From assembly GCF_000315625.1 (NCBI RefSeq), contig NW_005434662.1, forward strand, positions 154,307 through 218,306: DNA of 64,000 nucleotides, given 5' to 3'. The notes beneath the pieces were generated by a model that worked only from the letters and a program-made list of their open reading frames with translations, ran no database searches and was not told the DNA's origin. Made by a program: the position numbers and the translations under genes. This DNA is from Guillardia theta CCMP2712. Lineage: Eukaryota > Protista > Cryptophyta. How positions within the stretch are numbered: position 1 is the stretch's first letter; each line of letters begins with the position of its first letter. This document shows, in pieces, positions 34,301 through 48,864 of the stretch.

Positions 34301-37300
34301 GTTTGCGTCCAAGGTCGCGTGAGAGCCGCATCTTGCTGGATCAAACAAGGCCTCGATAGACTGTACGGTGTTCACCGATCCACAGATCGTGGCACATGGA
34401 GAACAAGGTTCGCTGCTTCTAGGCTCGATTTCTGAGGTGAACCATCGTGGTAAAGCGGCATTCTTGATCAATGTGTCGACCACCTGAAAGCACTTGATGT
34501 ATCTGTCGAGCCACTTAGGGATGTCGAGGCGAGAACCGATAGGTGTGGACGCATGGATATCTTTGATCCTCCTGACGAGAAGCTCCTTTGGAACTTTGTC
34601 TTCGCTTGCAGAATCCGCTTCAGCACTCTGAATACAGTACTTGGTCTTCAAGTGAGCGAAAACCTTCCCCACCTCCTCTTCATTCAAGCAGTGATCGTAC
34701 ACCAAAACTTCTGCAATGTCGCCACGACATTTGTTGCTTCCACGTCGAGACCCCATGAGGTGGAGATGCTCGAGGGGAGCCGTCTCAGCTTGGAGGGCCA
34801 CTACTTGCCAAGTGCCATCAAACAGGCCAGTCATCCCCTCCTTCTCATCGACCACTTGCGCTGTTTCATGGGATCCGGACAACCGCCAGACCTTACTCCA
34901 GGCCGAGCCCACAGCAGAAGAGTAACTCGTCGTGGCCATCAGAAATGCGCCCTCCACGAAGTCTGTGGCTTCGTTGGTGGCGGAAGGGAACCGCTGAGAA
35001 CTCTCGCTCTCGCTCGCGCTCCCGTTTGAAGGCGACTGGGTGTTGCGAGTATTGGCTGTTTCTTCTGCAGCGTTTTCAGTGGCAGCACCAGACTGGGTGC
35101 TCGACTCTTCACAAGTCGGCTGTCGCCGGCTGGCGGGAGAAAATGAGCCAGCACTGGTACGGAGAGAGTCCGGAACCGGGGATGAAGCTGCTGTCTGACT
35201 ACTGCTGGTGTTGCCGGCTGAAGAGTTCGATGTAGCCATGATTGGATTGCAACGCCTCGAGGAGTTTCTCTGCGAACCATTCCTATCCGCTGGATGCACC
35301 GTGGCAGTCGACGATGCCGTAGAACGCGAAGGTGTCCATGCACGTTGTGGCGTGCTGGTGGACGGCGCAGCTGACGATGATGTCGTAGAAGCCGCTGGAT
35401 TGCTGCTTCGCGTCGTGGAATTTGTTGCTTCTTTGAGAACCAAGTCAGATAGGGCAAAAGGAAAAATTTCAGGATTTACCTGCAGTTCTAGCGGGCGTGC
35501 CTGAACCTCTCGGGTTTGTCGGGTTGGCAAACGAGGTATTGGTGCGATTAGAAGAAGCTGAGTCGCTCATGGTGTTTGTGGTATTCAGCGATCTACTCTC
35601 CCATGGCAACAGCCTGGTTGGTCCAACATCCATGATGCACTGAACGTCATGTCTGAGATGCGGCGGCACACCGAGAGCTTCTGATCCAAGACGCAGCACC
35701 AGAAAAATGGTTCCCACCCTGCCAACACAAACATACAGTCAGAAGGACGGGAACAACCATTCAAGGCTCAACAACCTGCAGGGGCTTCGTGTGCGCAACA
35801 CGGAATTTCCATCCAAATGAAGGTAAGGGAATCCACACCTGCCGTCATTCTTGCACCGTGCATCAGAGGGCAGCCAGTTGTCATGACGCCAGCTTTCGGG
35901 TAGAGGGTTGTAACCGTGAGAGGCCACAGCCTGGATGGTATGATACATTCGTTGGCTGGTTTGCGAACCAGACTCGGTGCTCAGCTGCGTTTCTCGAACA
36001 TCGTCCCAGCGAAATCGGCAGGCAGCATCCCAACAAGCTTGACAGAGGTCAAAGTCGCAACCTTGTCCGGTAGAGCGATAACGTGCTCCCTGTCATGATG
36101 TCACGTCAAGAAATTCTAGCTTGACAGCAAGTCAACTATCTACCTGACCCTGCGAAGTGCAACCATCGCATCGCCACTCTGTTGCTCGAGTGGTTCGTTC
36201 GATCGGATAGAGATGAATTCCTCGAAGAACTTGGGGGCCATCAACACTCGGCATCCCATGTCCAGCTTCCACGCAGAGCACCAACCCTTGGATGGACAAA
36301 GGTACACAGTTCGCCCCGTGCTTCTGCAAGACCTGAATGACTCCTTTCAAGTCAGGCTTCTGGAACGCAGTGTGCTGAGAGTCGTCGGAAGCCGAGGAAG
36401 ACTGTGCCTGGGTCGCCAGGTCAAGAGCAGTCTTTCCAGCACTGTTGCGATGTCTGCAGTCCGCTCCAAGTTGCAGGAGAACCTCAACTGTGGATTTCAT
36501 TCCACGCGAAGCTGCCCACGCGAGCGGCTGATTCTCACTTCCATCTATGCTGTGCAAGTCTGCATGCTTAGAGAACAAAAGCTTGACCAAATCATCCCGC
36601 CCAGCATAAACTGCGTAGTGAATTGCGTAGTGTGGCACGGGAAACGACGAGACAAGACGCTCGGTACAGGGCTGAGATCGTCGTCAGGAGGGTGTAAATG
36701 AATCATTTGACAACTTACCGCGTCAGCACGAGCACCTCGGCAGAGACACCAGCGCACTTGTTCCTCGTTCCCTTCAAGAACAGCCTTGCAAAGTGCAGTT
36801 CCAGGAGGTCCATCTACAGCTTCAATCGCTCTGATCAACTCCTTGCGAGACATGGAAGAGAGATCTATCGAAGTCCCTTGGTCGAGCACAGCAACCACCT
36901 CCACAAGGGCCTGAGATGCCAAGTCAGAAGCAGCTCAACTCCTCAGACCCAACGATCATACCTGAAGCCCCGGAGAGAACTGTGCCCTTTGAGACCCGAC
37001 CTACCGCAAGAAGGTTAAGGGGATCAGACATGCAACCGCAAAGTGTCACACCTGCGGTAACTCTACGGCATGTTGGTGGATTGCTGCCTCCCGAAGCACT
37101 CGAACGATGGAAAGCGCTGATTCCGACAATCCCTGAGAGTCTCTCCTCAGGCCGCGAGCCGCGGAAGCGATGCTTCTAAGAAGTCCCGGTCGTGAAGAAC
37201 CTGCAGCACAACAATCAATGCAACGGGTTCACTTTGGCCTGCTCGTGCACACCTGCAACATGCTCAATGGCCACGAGACCAGCTTCAATCAGATTCTTGA

Positions 37301-40300
37301 TCTCTCGTTGCAAGTCGTCTGAGTTCAGTTTGCACTTCCAGAGTAGTCCGCTGCTGGGAGATGACAACGCATTCATCAACCAGCAAATGAAATCGAAGTC
37401 AGCAACTCCTGCACTGATACCATCTTCTCCGTTTGTTTTCAGGCCCTCTGGAGTCAACGAAAGCGTTTCCACCCCATCTTCTTGACTGTCACCGCTCTGT
37501 AAAGATGAAAAGAATCGAAACACTAGCCGATTTGTTGCTGGGCCTTTGACATCGATAGTGAACTTGGACGCTCTTGGGATGTCCATCGCTTCCCATGGAG
37601 AAGATGACTGAAACAAGTGTTTTCCTCTCGATGATATGATTTTGAGCCTTCCAGAATCAGTCGAGTTTGGTTGAGCAGAGCAGAATTCTTTGTCAAACAT
37701 CACTTTGATACTGCTATCACCCATGTCAGGGTTGTCAGCGTATAGTGTGACATCATGCTTTCCTCTGAGATTCTGAGAGTATGCAGGAACAGATTCAAAA
37801 AGGAACGACGGGACAGAGATGGCCCTCATCTCAGCATCGAGAGGTTGGATGTAAATTCTAAAGCCCCATTCTCCATGGCCGCCATCGCTCTCGAATATTA
37901 CCACAAGGCTGTTTCCTTGAATATCAGGAGGCGGAGCCCAGTTTCCTGCACCAGAAGGGCCATGGTAACACGCCAACTGCTGTTTCAGTTGAGCATCGGA
38001 ATACAAAGTGAGCTTGTCCCGGTCTCGCTTGGAACAACACCGAGGATCCAGCGAGACTCTCAATGCAGAGGCCCCATGAGCTCGCAGTCTTATCGCCAGA
38101 TGAGTGTTGGGCGCATACCCGTGTCTGCTCTCAAGGCTGATACGCATCACCTTCAAGGACGAGCTCGGGGCAGCAGTCGGAGTAACCGGCGGTGGAGTCA
38201 ACTGAGTTGCTCTGTCCTTCTCAGTGTTCACTTTGTTGGACAACGAAGTTAGTAGCCAGCTGCAATGCTTTGAAAGCCCCAGGACCTTGCTCACATTCGG
38301 TCGCTCCTCGTCGGATGCAGTCAGGGCATTGTCCAAAACTTTGCGCATGCTCTGTCTCCAAGACTGCGAAGACAAGTCTGGCTTGACCGTTCGAAACAAA
38401 CGACGTAAAATTGTCGCGAGATTCTCTACAGTCAATGGCAGTGATCCAGTAGGAGCTGCATGTAGTATCGTCAATAATGCCAAACGAGCGTAATAAATTG
38501 CAATGGCATCTTCAGTCGTCGCTATTTCAGTAAGCAGTCGAGGAGTCCGGTAGCGGCTCATCTTCTTGCTCCAGGTATGTGATGGCGGCTTCGACTTGTC
38601 AGGCTCACGACGACTTGTTGGAAGCAGTAGATGCTCTTCAGTTGCCGCATTGGCAAACATGCAGGCAACCATGTCCTCCACCCTTCGTTCTTCATCATCT
38701 CCCTCGTTCTCCTGAATTACTCTTGACTGTGATGTCCACGTCAGGAGCTGGCTCTGTGACTTGGCTTCAACTGGCTCAGTATCTATCGTCTCGATCGAAC
38801 TCTCAACAGCTGATTTTCCACCCCAAGACAAGGCGAGCCGGGGAACACTCAGGGAACCAACAATGCTCCTTGGAAGAGATAGGGTGTGGAGATGCGCATC
38901 AGGTCCAAGGCGTTGGCACAAGAATGATGACTTGGACAACAAGTCGTCCAGCGCTAAGACCAAGGGAGCATTGACATCCTGCGAGGCGAGCAGAAGCAAG
39001 ATGTCTCTGAGTGGCTCTCCCTGTTCGAGGAGGAGGATTTCCATGCACAAAGGGATTTGTAAGAACAAGTAAGCGGCACGAACAAGCCGTGAGTGCAACA
39101 CACGGAGCCCATGCGGACGTGCTGGCTCTGATGGATCTGGTTGTGAGATGACTGTCAAAACTTGTAAAAGCGACGGAAACAATTCACATGCGACATCCGA
39201 CAATTGACTTCGCTGTGCAATGCCTTCTGCCAGCAAAACTGCAGGCAGCGCAGTCGGAACTGGCGAGGGCAGGATGTGATTGACGGGCGGAGAAGACTGA
39301 TTGTTCCCAGCATCTTTGCATCCCGCCAGCATAGTCCAATTCGTTGACAATAAGACAGGTCCCTTGTCAGTCAATTTGCCTAGCCTAACAAACCATGGAA
39401 TGTCTGTTGGAATGGTAGTACTGCCAGATCCCATGTCTGCTTCTGAACTGGAGATGTTTTCTCCTTTCATGAGTTGTAGGAGGTGCTCCAGGCTCTGAGC
39501 AAGGATGACTCCACCTACATTGCCTCCATTCCTTCCGATACTGCCTCTTCTACTCTTCTTGATCAAGTCGAACATCAGGTACCTCGAGGATCCCATCTGC
39601 GGGCGACCAGGCGTGGAAAGAGGCCTTAGCCATACGTACACCCCGGAGACTGTGGGCTTTGAAGAATCATTCTCTTTCCCAGAGACCTCAACATCAAACG
39701 ACTCAATATGAAAAGATGATGACTGAGATGTGTCGTTTCCGAGGCCACTGAGATTCAGTAGCATTCTCATAGGCTCCGGAGCACTTGCAGAAAATAATAC
39801 CACACGAGGCTTACACCCACTCGTAGGCCGGAAAAATTCGTGGCCTTGGAGGGCTGTAGCCTCATAATCGTTGCTAGAGCTCCACCAAACCTCCATGAAG
39901 TCATATTTCACAAACGTGTCTTTTTGCTTCGGGCTGTACATGTCGAGGAGATACGTCAATGACTCTTTAATCGAAGGCTGCATGATTGGCATCCATGCTG
40001 GTGTTGCAATCAAATCCACGGCAACCTTGCAAAGAAGAGAATGTAAATCCGGAAGAGGAGAAAGGTGAGTAGGCGACAATGGCTCCATCGATGCACAAAT
40101 CTCTGATGTGTGCGACAAAGTATCCAAAATTGCGTGAATCACATCCTCTTGAAGCTCCTCATCTAAAGATAAGGTTCCCTCCATGTTGGCCCAAGAAACA
40201 CAAAGCTTGTGGAGCAGAGTGGTGGCACGAATCCTTGTTGCTTCACCAAAGACAGGTAGCTGCATCAGTTTGGTCAACATACGAATCCACTCTCGACTTT

Positions 40301-43300
40301 GTACTGGGTTGATACCAACCACCCTGGCTTTGCTTGTGGCATATGCTGTCGACAAAAGATCGCGCAGAACTTGCCCAGTATTTCCAACATCCAGGCCTGG
40401 CCTCTTAGTAGGAGCAAAGTGGCCGGTTAAGAATATTCCTCTCACTTTGCAGTCACACCCGCCATTGTTTTCACGGATGTTCACTTGAACAATGCGATGC
40501 ATCAAGTTGACCTTGTCAAGGAGAACACATCTCTGATTCCCTGTGGGTGTCAGGTTGCAAGTTCTGATCTTCTTCAAATTGGACGCTACTTCTCCAACAA
40601 ATACGTCTACTAGACTTGGACAATAATTGCCATCACTGGCGCTGACTTGAATCGAAAGGCCAGTGATTACCGCGTCGGGTTCTACATGCAATCGAATCCA
40701 ATGCTGGCCCGATCTGCCATCTGATTGCCAGAAAGTATCGTTCCTTCCATCAGTTAGAAACTTCTTTGCGCTTTTGCCGGTTGACACTTCCACACGTTTG
40801 AATATGCAGGCCTCTTCCATTTCGCCCCGTCCAATAACATTTGGATCTCCAAACATAAATCCTCGGACAGAAATCCCCCGTAAACGGACATTCGGACCGT
40901 TGCTTGTTAGGCACAAGCGCACGACATTCAAGTTTTCATCAGACCCCTGCAGCACAACAACTTCGTTTGGACCCTGATTCAGTTCACGTGGGTCAACTTC
41001 AACGACCTGAATAGCACGCAAACAACCCTCATTTTCCCCTGCAAGTATTCGAATTTCTCGGGGCATCATTGCACCGTCATCAGGATGTATGTAAACGCCC
41101 ATGCGAGAGAGACAGACTTCATTTCTAGCAACAATTTGCACCCAATGTTCACCATCGGTTCCGCTGGTCCAAGATGAGGTCATATCTGGCAACAGTAAGT
41201 TTGGAACCTGGTCCCCGGAGCTTGAAGCAGTCACTGATTCCACGCATCTACTTCCAACAACAGCGGCCCTTCCACAGTCAAGAAGCACTGCAGGACTGTT
41301 CAGCTCGACTCGTGCTGAGAGCTGTTGCATTGCCGCAAGCAGAGTGCCCCACAAGCTGCGTTGGGCTTCACATATTTGTCCATTTGTGAGGTTCGTCATG
41401 TTGTCAGAAATCTGAAGAAGTAGGATACGTAGCAGTCTCCACACCGACTCCCTAGCGACAAGCTGCTTCATCTCCGCATCTGAGGGCGAAGATCTGCTAG
41501 ACAAAGACGAATAAAAATCGCCTTCTCCGAGGGAATCGTAGGTTGTTTTCTCATCCTCGCCGGGCAAGTTGCTTGCCTCCGACATGTCTCTATTCGCGAT
41601 CGATTCCTGTAGAGCTTCACAGGCAGCACATTGTGAACCACCTGATGGGCCACAAACCGAGTCTTGCGATCCCGAACCCCGTGAATTTCCTTGTCGTTGT
41701 CCGCAGTAGTAAAGGTGAGTGAATCCTCGATCTGTTCCCAGTCTCACAGAGTTTCCAGCAGCGTTCACAAGTCCATGAATCGCACTAGTCAGCGATGGAG
41801 GTGGCGGTGCTTCAAAAATGAAAACACTTTCTCCTTCACTATGCAAGGCAACCGATGCATAAAGAGGTAGCAGGAGGACACTAGCGCACTGTTCTCGCCC
41901 TGCTAATTCACCGTTGCGTGTCCAGTAGACACTCGCAACACGCTTTCCGTCCTCTGAAAGCTCAATACCACACCCCACAATATCGCCTTGACCACATTTG
42001 TCTCCAAATCGAGAACCCTGACACAAACAACATATCAAAATGCACTATGCTCAGAAATTGGAAGTATTCACCTGGCCACGTTGAAAAAACAATTTTCCAT
42101 CGTCCATGTGATAGGCGATCGAGCCATTTCGCCAACCCGGCATTTGATCCAGTGGGTAGTCGCGGTGAGCAACCCCAACAGCAATGGCGCAGTCCTTTCC
42201 CCTGTCCAAAACCTATCGCAAGCCCAAAATAAGCTTTTCACACTTCAAAGGATTGGATTCACTTACTTGCACTTCAAAATACGAGTTTTCCTTCGTGAGC
42301 GGCTTCGCAGCTTGGACTACACCAATTTGATTGGTGCCCGTGAAAACCACAGCACGGCCCTCAAATCTGATAAAATTTGTGTTGACTCTGCTGAAATAGG
42401 ACGGTTCTACTGGAATCCTATGTGTACGGTGCAGTGTCAAAGTTCCTGAATTCGGTCCTCTTGTCCATTTCCCCTGCATAGTTCTTCCTGCGACTTCGAC
42501 CGCACATGTTGTACGTCGTCCCCCGGAGTGCGAAGATTCAAATTCAACGGTTTTAGGGTCTTGCATAATTCCTTCGATCGTGAAAGCTCCGTGTGAATCT
42601 ATACCAGCCCCTCTCAATACACCCTGGTGTACTGCCAACCTTAACGACATCTCTTTGGCTGTAGAGAGATGGCCTGGCCGATTTTGTCGATCCGCAGAGT
42701 TTGTTCGTTTGTCACTTACTCCAAACCACAAGCTGCCAACAGGAGAATTCATTCTCCTTATTGTGATACCGCCTGAGCATTGCATCGTTGGACCAGAAAA
42801 GCAAGAGTCGGAATTGTTAATAGTTGTTGAGAGGTGCAAGGAAGCACCATTAGTATCTACAAACTCTCGGAGCACGTTGGGCAGACCAATCATATTCAAG
42901 TACGTAAGATCCGGCGCTTCGTACAACATAACCAGCGAACTGCCAAGCACAGTCAGAGAAACTATGCAGAATAGAAACATTTTGGGAAAGAGGTGAAAAC
43001 AAGATCGAGAGGTATAAAAACGAAGAACTCAGAAGGTATAGCCCTTACCTTGCTGCAAATCCCTTCAATTGACAACTGGAGGAAGGATCCTTCAAAATAT
43101 CCACTAAAAGTCGGCAGACTTTGTTAAATAGTGCCCGGACTCTTCCAATCTTCAAAGCACTGCCGGCTGAAATATCACTCAAGTAATGGCGAACGCTCCA
43201 ATTCGAGTTGAAAAGAGCTTGTAAGATTTCAGCGCGAACCACACGGACTTTCAAGTGCTCCAGCATTTCTGCAAGAAACCGCAAACCATTCTCAATCTCG

Positions 43301-46300
43301 TTGGCTCTGCAGGAACAAAAGTCAATAAACTTTTTGGTGTGAAAAGTACATCTTGCCTTTCATCTCGTCCGACAAGGACTGGTTCCATAGATCCGGGTAC
43401 AAACTGATCAAGTTTGTTCAGAATAGAATGAATAAGAGCCTCTCACATCAGATACCTCTGACAGAAGGAACTTCGATACTAAATCAATGATATTGTCCTC
43501 CCGCTGTTTTACTCTTTGCTTGACTCTCCAGTACGCACGATGAACCCTGATAAGAGGGATGACGTAGCTCCAACCGCTCTGCTGCTCTGTCTCTGCTTTG
43601 CCACCGGACATGTCTTCTGTTAATTCTTCACTGGATGAACTAGGAGCTGAAACATCGATGGATGTACCAGCATCATGTGAATTTGAGATTTCACTATCTT
43701 TGTTTGCGAGGCTTGAGGCCCCGTTACTACCAATGATCCTCAGAGCAGCCTGTTGCCACTTCTTGGTTGGAGACACATCAGTCTGATCATCATGATTCAA
43801 ATTCATCTCCTCTGCGTGTGCCAATGATTCTGAGCATGCCTGTCCTACTTGCCTTTTTCCCAGCGCTGGGACAAATCGTAGAAGGCACTCTGCCCTTTCC
43901 ATAACTGGAAGGCATAATGCGTCATAATTCAGCACACTGTTGGTAGCAGCAGCTGGTGACTCTTTGTTCTCACTATCCACATTCCTTTCTGGATCGGCCA
44001 ACTGCTGATCTCGCTGTTGCATCAAAGACCGGCGCAGATTACCGGCAGCCATTGCTATCTTTCTGAGAACTGCTACGTGCTCTTCCTCATCCATATTGAC
44101 GTTTCCATCTGCGTCGATATTCTGTTTCACGAGGCTGAGCAAGCCAACATGATGCAACATAGCCAAAGCAGCGGAACTCTCCACTTTGTCCAGGATCGGG
44201 CTTTGACGCAGAGGATGCGGTCGTCCTGGAAGCCTCAGTGGTTTGTCAACAAAATCCTTCGTGACATTCTCGAGCTCAAGATCTTCCAGGCGTCCTCCAC
44301 GCAAAAGGTCTGACGTAATCCATTTCTTGCAAGTTGTCTCAATTTCACTGCCCTGTAAGCCAGATACCATAGCTCCAGACAGCTGTGCACTTACACAAGC
44401 AGTCAGCCGCAAAATTTCCATCATCCAATGAGCGTCCGCATCACGCGGAACACTGACACTGCATACGAACGCTTTCCACCCATATTTGCCGTTCGCAAGA
44501 GAATTCACAGGACCCTTCGCCACCAAGGAATCGTTCACAGTTTCAGATCGAGAACTGGCATCTACGTGATCAAACCGTATATTGGGGTCGACAGTTAAGA
44601 GCGGAAATGATGGGAAAGGCAGAAGAGGGCAACTCTTCAGTTGATCCTTGAACATCTCTGATGAGGTAATAGACGTGTCCATAGATTGTAGAAATTCTGC
44701 AGCCTCGTTCACCTGTTTCGACGAAGAATCATTTTCACCAGTAAACACCTGAAGATGACCTCCAAGTGTGAGGGCAACGCATGATGAAGGCTTTAAGCAA
44801 CTCTCTGGATCAAAAGAAATCTGTGAAACAATGGTTGTATCCGGCAGTGCAAGTGGTGAAGAAGTTTCATTTGAATTGCAAGGGTGAACGACATGTGCTT
44901 CGATGCACTCAACTGAAAATGAAGGCGCAAAATAACCTGTCACAATAGCCTTATACGCAACTTGCTCACTTTCGCTTGATTCAGCAGAAAATTTGAAAAA
45001 GTCGCGAGGGGAAAAATTGAAGACGGCTGTTTCGCCTGGCACAATGATCGGAAGGATCGAGTTCTCGCTTCCTTCATAAGAACCCATGAGTCTACCAGCA
45101 AGCACATGACCAAGCCCATCTTCGATTGTCAGTTGCCCGGATGAGCCGAGTTTGCAGGCCGAGATATCAAGTTCAACTAGAAGATATGATGCACCTTGTA
45201 TTGCAACAACCTCTCGGTCCACTTTGTCGGCTGCATTTTCCCCTCTGCTTTCCTCGTTGCTATTCAAATTAGCGTTGACGATTTGCTGTTTGATGACTTG
45301 CTGCGTGGAGAGCCTTTGTATTGCAAGCTCGTGTTGTCGGCGAAGGTCTGCAGGTGTTACAGGGTCCAACGCATTCAATACAACTCCCGGTAGCTTTGGG
45401 GACAGTGAATCAAGGCCAGCAAGCAAGCTGTTCAGACATGCAAGGATCTTCTCATGCGGAGGCATTGAACTAATTCCTGCCAAAATTTCTGGAAGGAACT
45501 TATACACCGCGGATTGTTCCAGAATCATGACAGCAACATTGCAATCTCCTCTTTCGACTTCGATGAAGCGCTTTGTCAGATCGATGACATGCACAACATG
45601 CTGCAAAGCCGAAACTGCCATTTGAGAACAAAGTGCAAGGGCCTTGGAATCCTCACTTGCTAACAAATTACTCCAATGAACATGTTGTAACCTCCATGCG
45701 ACTTGCAGCACCTCTCCGCATGCTGTGGGAATTACTTCATTCGTCCTTGGAGGATCTTTTGGGTCCCTCCCACTATTCAGAGACGTCTTCAGGTAATGCA
45801 TCGTAGAGTTAAGAAGACACTCAAAAAACCGTAAACAAGCACTGTCGTGCACAGAAATCTCTTTCTTTGACCCAGCATCGGCATCCTATTCAACATATCA
45901 ATATAGAAAGGATAGAGAATAGACGAACTTACCGTTTGAATAGAATTATCCAATTGAAGTACACGCCAAATTACGGGCGGTTTTGCTATGTATGAAAGCA
46001 GCATCACAAGAAATTGTTCTTCCGTTTGACTTGCTTTCTCCTCGCAGTGCTTTGGAAGCATGATTTCAAGAAGGCCAACCAATTCTACCGGATCACTGAA
46101 CAAAACGGGAGTTCCAGCACGTAGAGCAGCAACAGCTTCTTCTTGAATGCTGGTGTAAGCTATCTGCCCTTCAGCACTCGTCTTGGCACTTCCAGCAACA
46201 AGTTTGAGCAACAAAGCCCTAAGAGAAGCCAAAAGATCTGGTTCTAATTCTGACATGTTCGGATGTCGTTGAATCTGACGAAGATTTAAAGCCAACAATC

Positions 46301-48176
46301 GGACAAGCGCAAGAAGCACGTAACAACTCCAAACATTGCAATCTTCGGCATCTTTGAGGTGATCAATAATGGACGAATGGCTGGATATGAGAGAATGCAA
46401 CTGCCGTAAAGTGCGAGGACTTGCATCAACACTGCACGGTGCCAGGACAGCATTACTTGACTTCAGTCGTTTAGCAGCATGCTCAAGTTGAGCAAGTATT
46501 ATCACGCTGTACAAGACTCCACAGGTTGGATCCTTCCCCACCTCCTGCTCTGCTGCTTCTGCAATCAATCTCGCATCTTGAGCATCACCACTGATCTTAA
46601 GACTCTTGTGGAAGACATTCCCTTCGTCTTTGTTACTATCATCAGGCGAAACGACTCTGTCGTTCTCAGATCCTTGCTGCGTACTTGGAGTCAAGTCATT
46701 GGAGGATTCGTTCTGACTGTCATTTTGTCTCGGCATTGTACTTGCATTGTTAGCTCCCTGTTTGCTTCCAAGAGATTCTGAAAAAAGGGAGCGCAGCTTT
46801 GGATCTGAGATTGAGTCAATGTTACCAAGCCTCCTGAGGGTTGGAAACACGGAAGCATCAAGAATAACATTGTGCTCCTGCACGATCAGAAGAATTAGTT
46901 TCAAAAAAGAAAAGAACGTCATGTCACCATTAAATGAACCATGATCGAAAGGGTGAAACTCAACAAGCCCCTCGCGACTGCTAGTTCCAGAAGCACCATG
47001 GCTGCAATTTGCCTCTCCTGAAGATGGTTCACTTCGCATTGAAGTCAACAGAATGCATGAATACCTGCTGGTCTGCTTCTACATCCGATGTAGAGATACT
47101 CTTCAAAAAGTCAGCTGCAGAACACAGCGCTTCTTCCTTCAGCCCAGATGCCTAATGGCAAACTTAACACCAGACAAACAACTGTGAGAGATAATACTAA
47201 CCTCACAGTAAAATGATAGGGGGGGTAAAGATTGTAACGCACTCAATGCAGAACGCAATAGACGTGCACGAATAATCTTGTTCTCCTCTTTGAGCAAAAT
47301 CGCGAAGATCAATTCAAGTCCAGTACGAACCGCTATGTCAATCATAGGGGACCGCGGCTGAGTTTCAGAGACTTCTAATGCCAGCTTTGGATCTTGAGTC
47401 TTCATGGTAATAACAACATCTCTGGCCCCGATACTAACGAATGGACGTAGCGATGCTGTAATCCCCGTTGCTTGACATAATCGGACATCATTTTTGTAGA
47501 ATGTTACCACCTTGTCATTCATATCGACTTCAACCCCTGAGAAAAAATCAGTTTCAGTTCATCAATACAGAACATCGGCTCACTTATATTGTCTCCTGTA
47601 CGAAATCCACCGTAACAACCCTGAGATGCAGAGAACACACGAAACGAGCCATCGCCCGCTCTCAGCACTATATTTCTAGCATTGTAATTATCGTTTAGGT
47701 CCACATTGTCGTATGCAACTCCAATGTAGACGTAGTCTGTTTGACATTTGTTGATATGAAATGTGAAAGAATGATTTCCAGACGTATACAACTGAGCTCC
47801 AAGTACACCTCCCCATTCGTTACCATTGCTTCTCGTTACAGTGGTGTTGTTGTTAGAAAGGACAATATCTCGCCCGCAACGTGTTTCATCCCATTTGGCT
47901 TCAGTGCTAACGCTGAAGCAACCATCTTGCCATACGACCTGAAAATGAAAAACACATCATATTCCAAACGAAATTGAGCATAGAGTCAACGCATACCTGC
48001 TCACTGGTCAGCTTCAGGAGCCTTCGACCATTCGTAGATAGATTGTTAATTCTCCTTCGTAGAGCATAGAGCCCTTGCGAGGCAGGAACGCTTTTTCTAT
48101 TCCTGGTAAGCTCTGCTATCATGTCCAGAAGGACACGATTCTGGCTTGTTGCAACAACTTCAGTCATGGAGTTCAT
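31332..48176 (-). CDS. Giant HECT E3 ubiquitin ligase (roughly 5,000 aa; SPRY x3, APC10/DOC x2, CUB-like, ankyrin, ZZ, ConA/LamG-like, HECT)
   Basis: Same-strand ORFs of 419, 814, 255, 1607 and 890 aa plus small exons. HECT motifs: VSFVGEGGDDYGGLFRE, LFIPSPNG, YTFIGKIMG, FSNEERKQFLGFVWGRERLP and LPSSHTCFNALDIPRYSS (catalytic Cys at 31720-31722). Confidence 0.92.
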
Positions 48177-48864
48177 TGTTAGAAAGGAGCTATAGCCGAT
48201 CCATGCTATTCCTTCCTAGGAACAACCATTTCCTGCCAAAGGAACGATGTGAGAACCTTCAACCTTGAAAACGCAAATCTAAACCACAAAATAATTTTTA
48301 AAAAAGAGCAGGCAGCAATGTCCATTGCACATTCTCTAGTGCACATTCACTAAGAGCATACTGCACTGAAATTCCTCCGTTCATAACCTCTCGCAATGAG
48401 ATTGCACTACAATTATTGTACATAACTCAAACACGTGTGTGCCCTGCCCCCTCCTCAAACCTAATCCGACTTCTGAAGAGTTAATTACGAAAAGATGAGC
48501 CCCACTCAGTACATACTTGAACAGGTCGGAAATATATCACAACAACTTGGCAGCAATCTTGTCCAACACAGCAGGAAATGAAATGCAGCGGTCACCAAAA
48601 ACTACCCAAGGCCTCTCTATACCTCACAAGAGACTGCGTGGCAGTGTGTCCGCAATTTCAAGACTAATACACACCAATCAAGCCTCTTGCTACTCATCTC
48701 TGAAATAGAGAGGGATCAAAGGAATTGCATCCTCCAAGATACTCTTCAGTCCAAAACCTTCAAAACAAGAAAATCTTCAGGCTGCCATTCTCTCAAATAC
48801 TTCCTCGAGCTCATGATCGATATCGCTTCGCCTTTCATTGCCAGCCATACCTGCGCAAGCAGCT

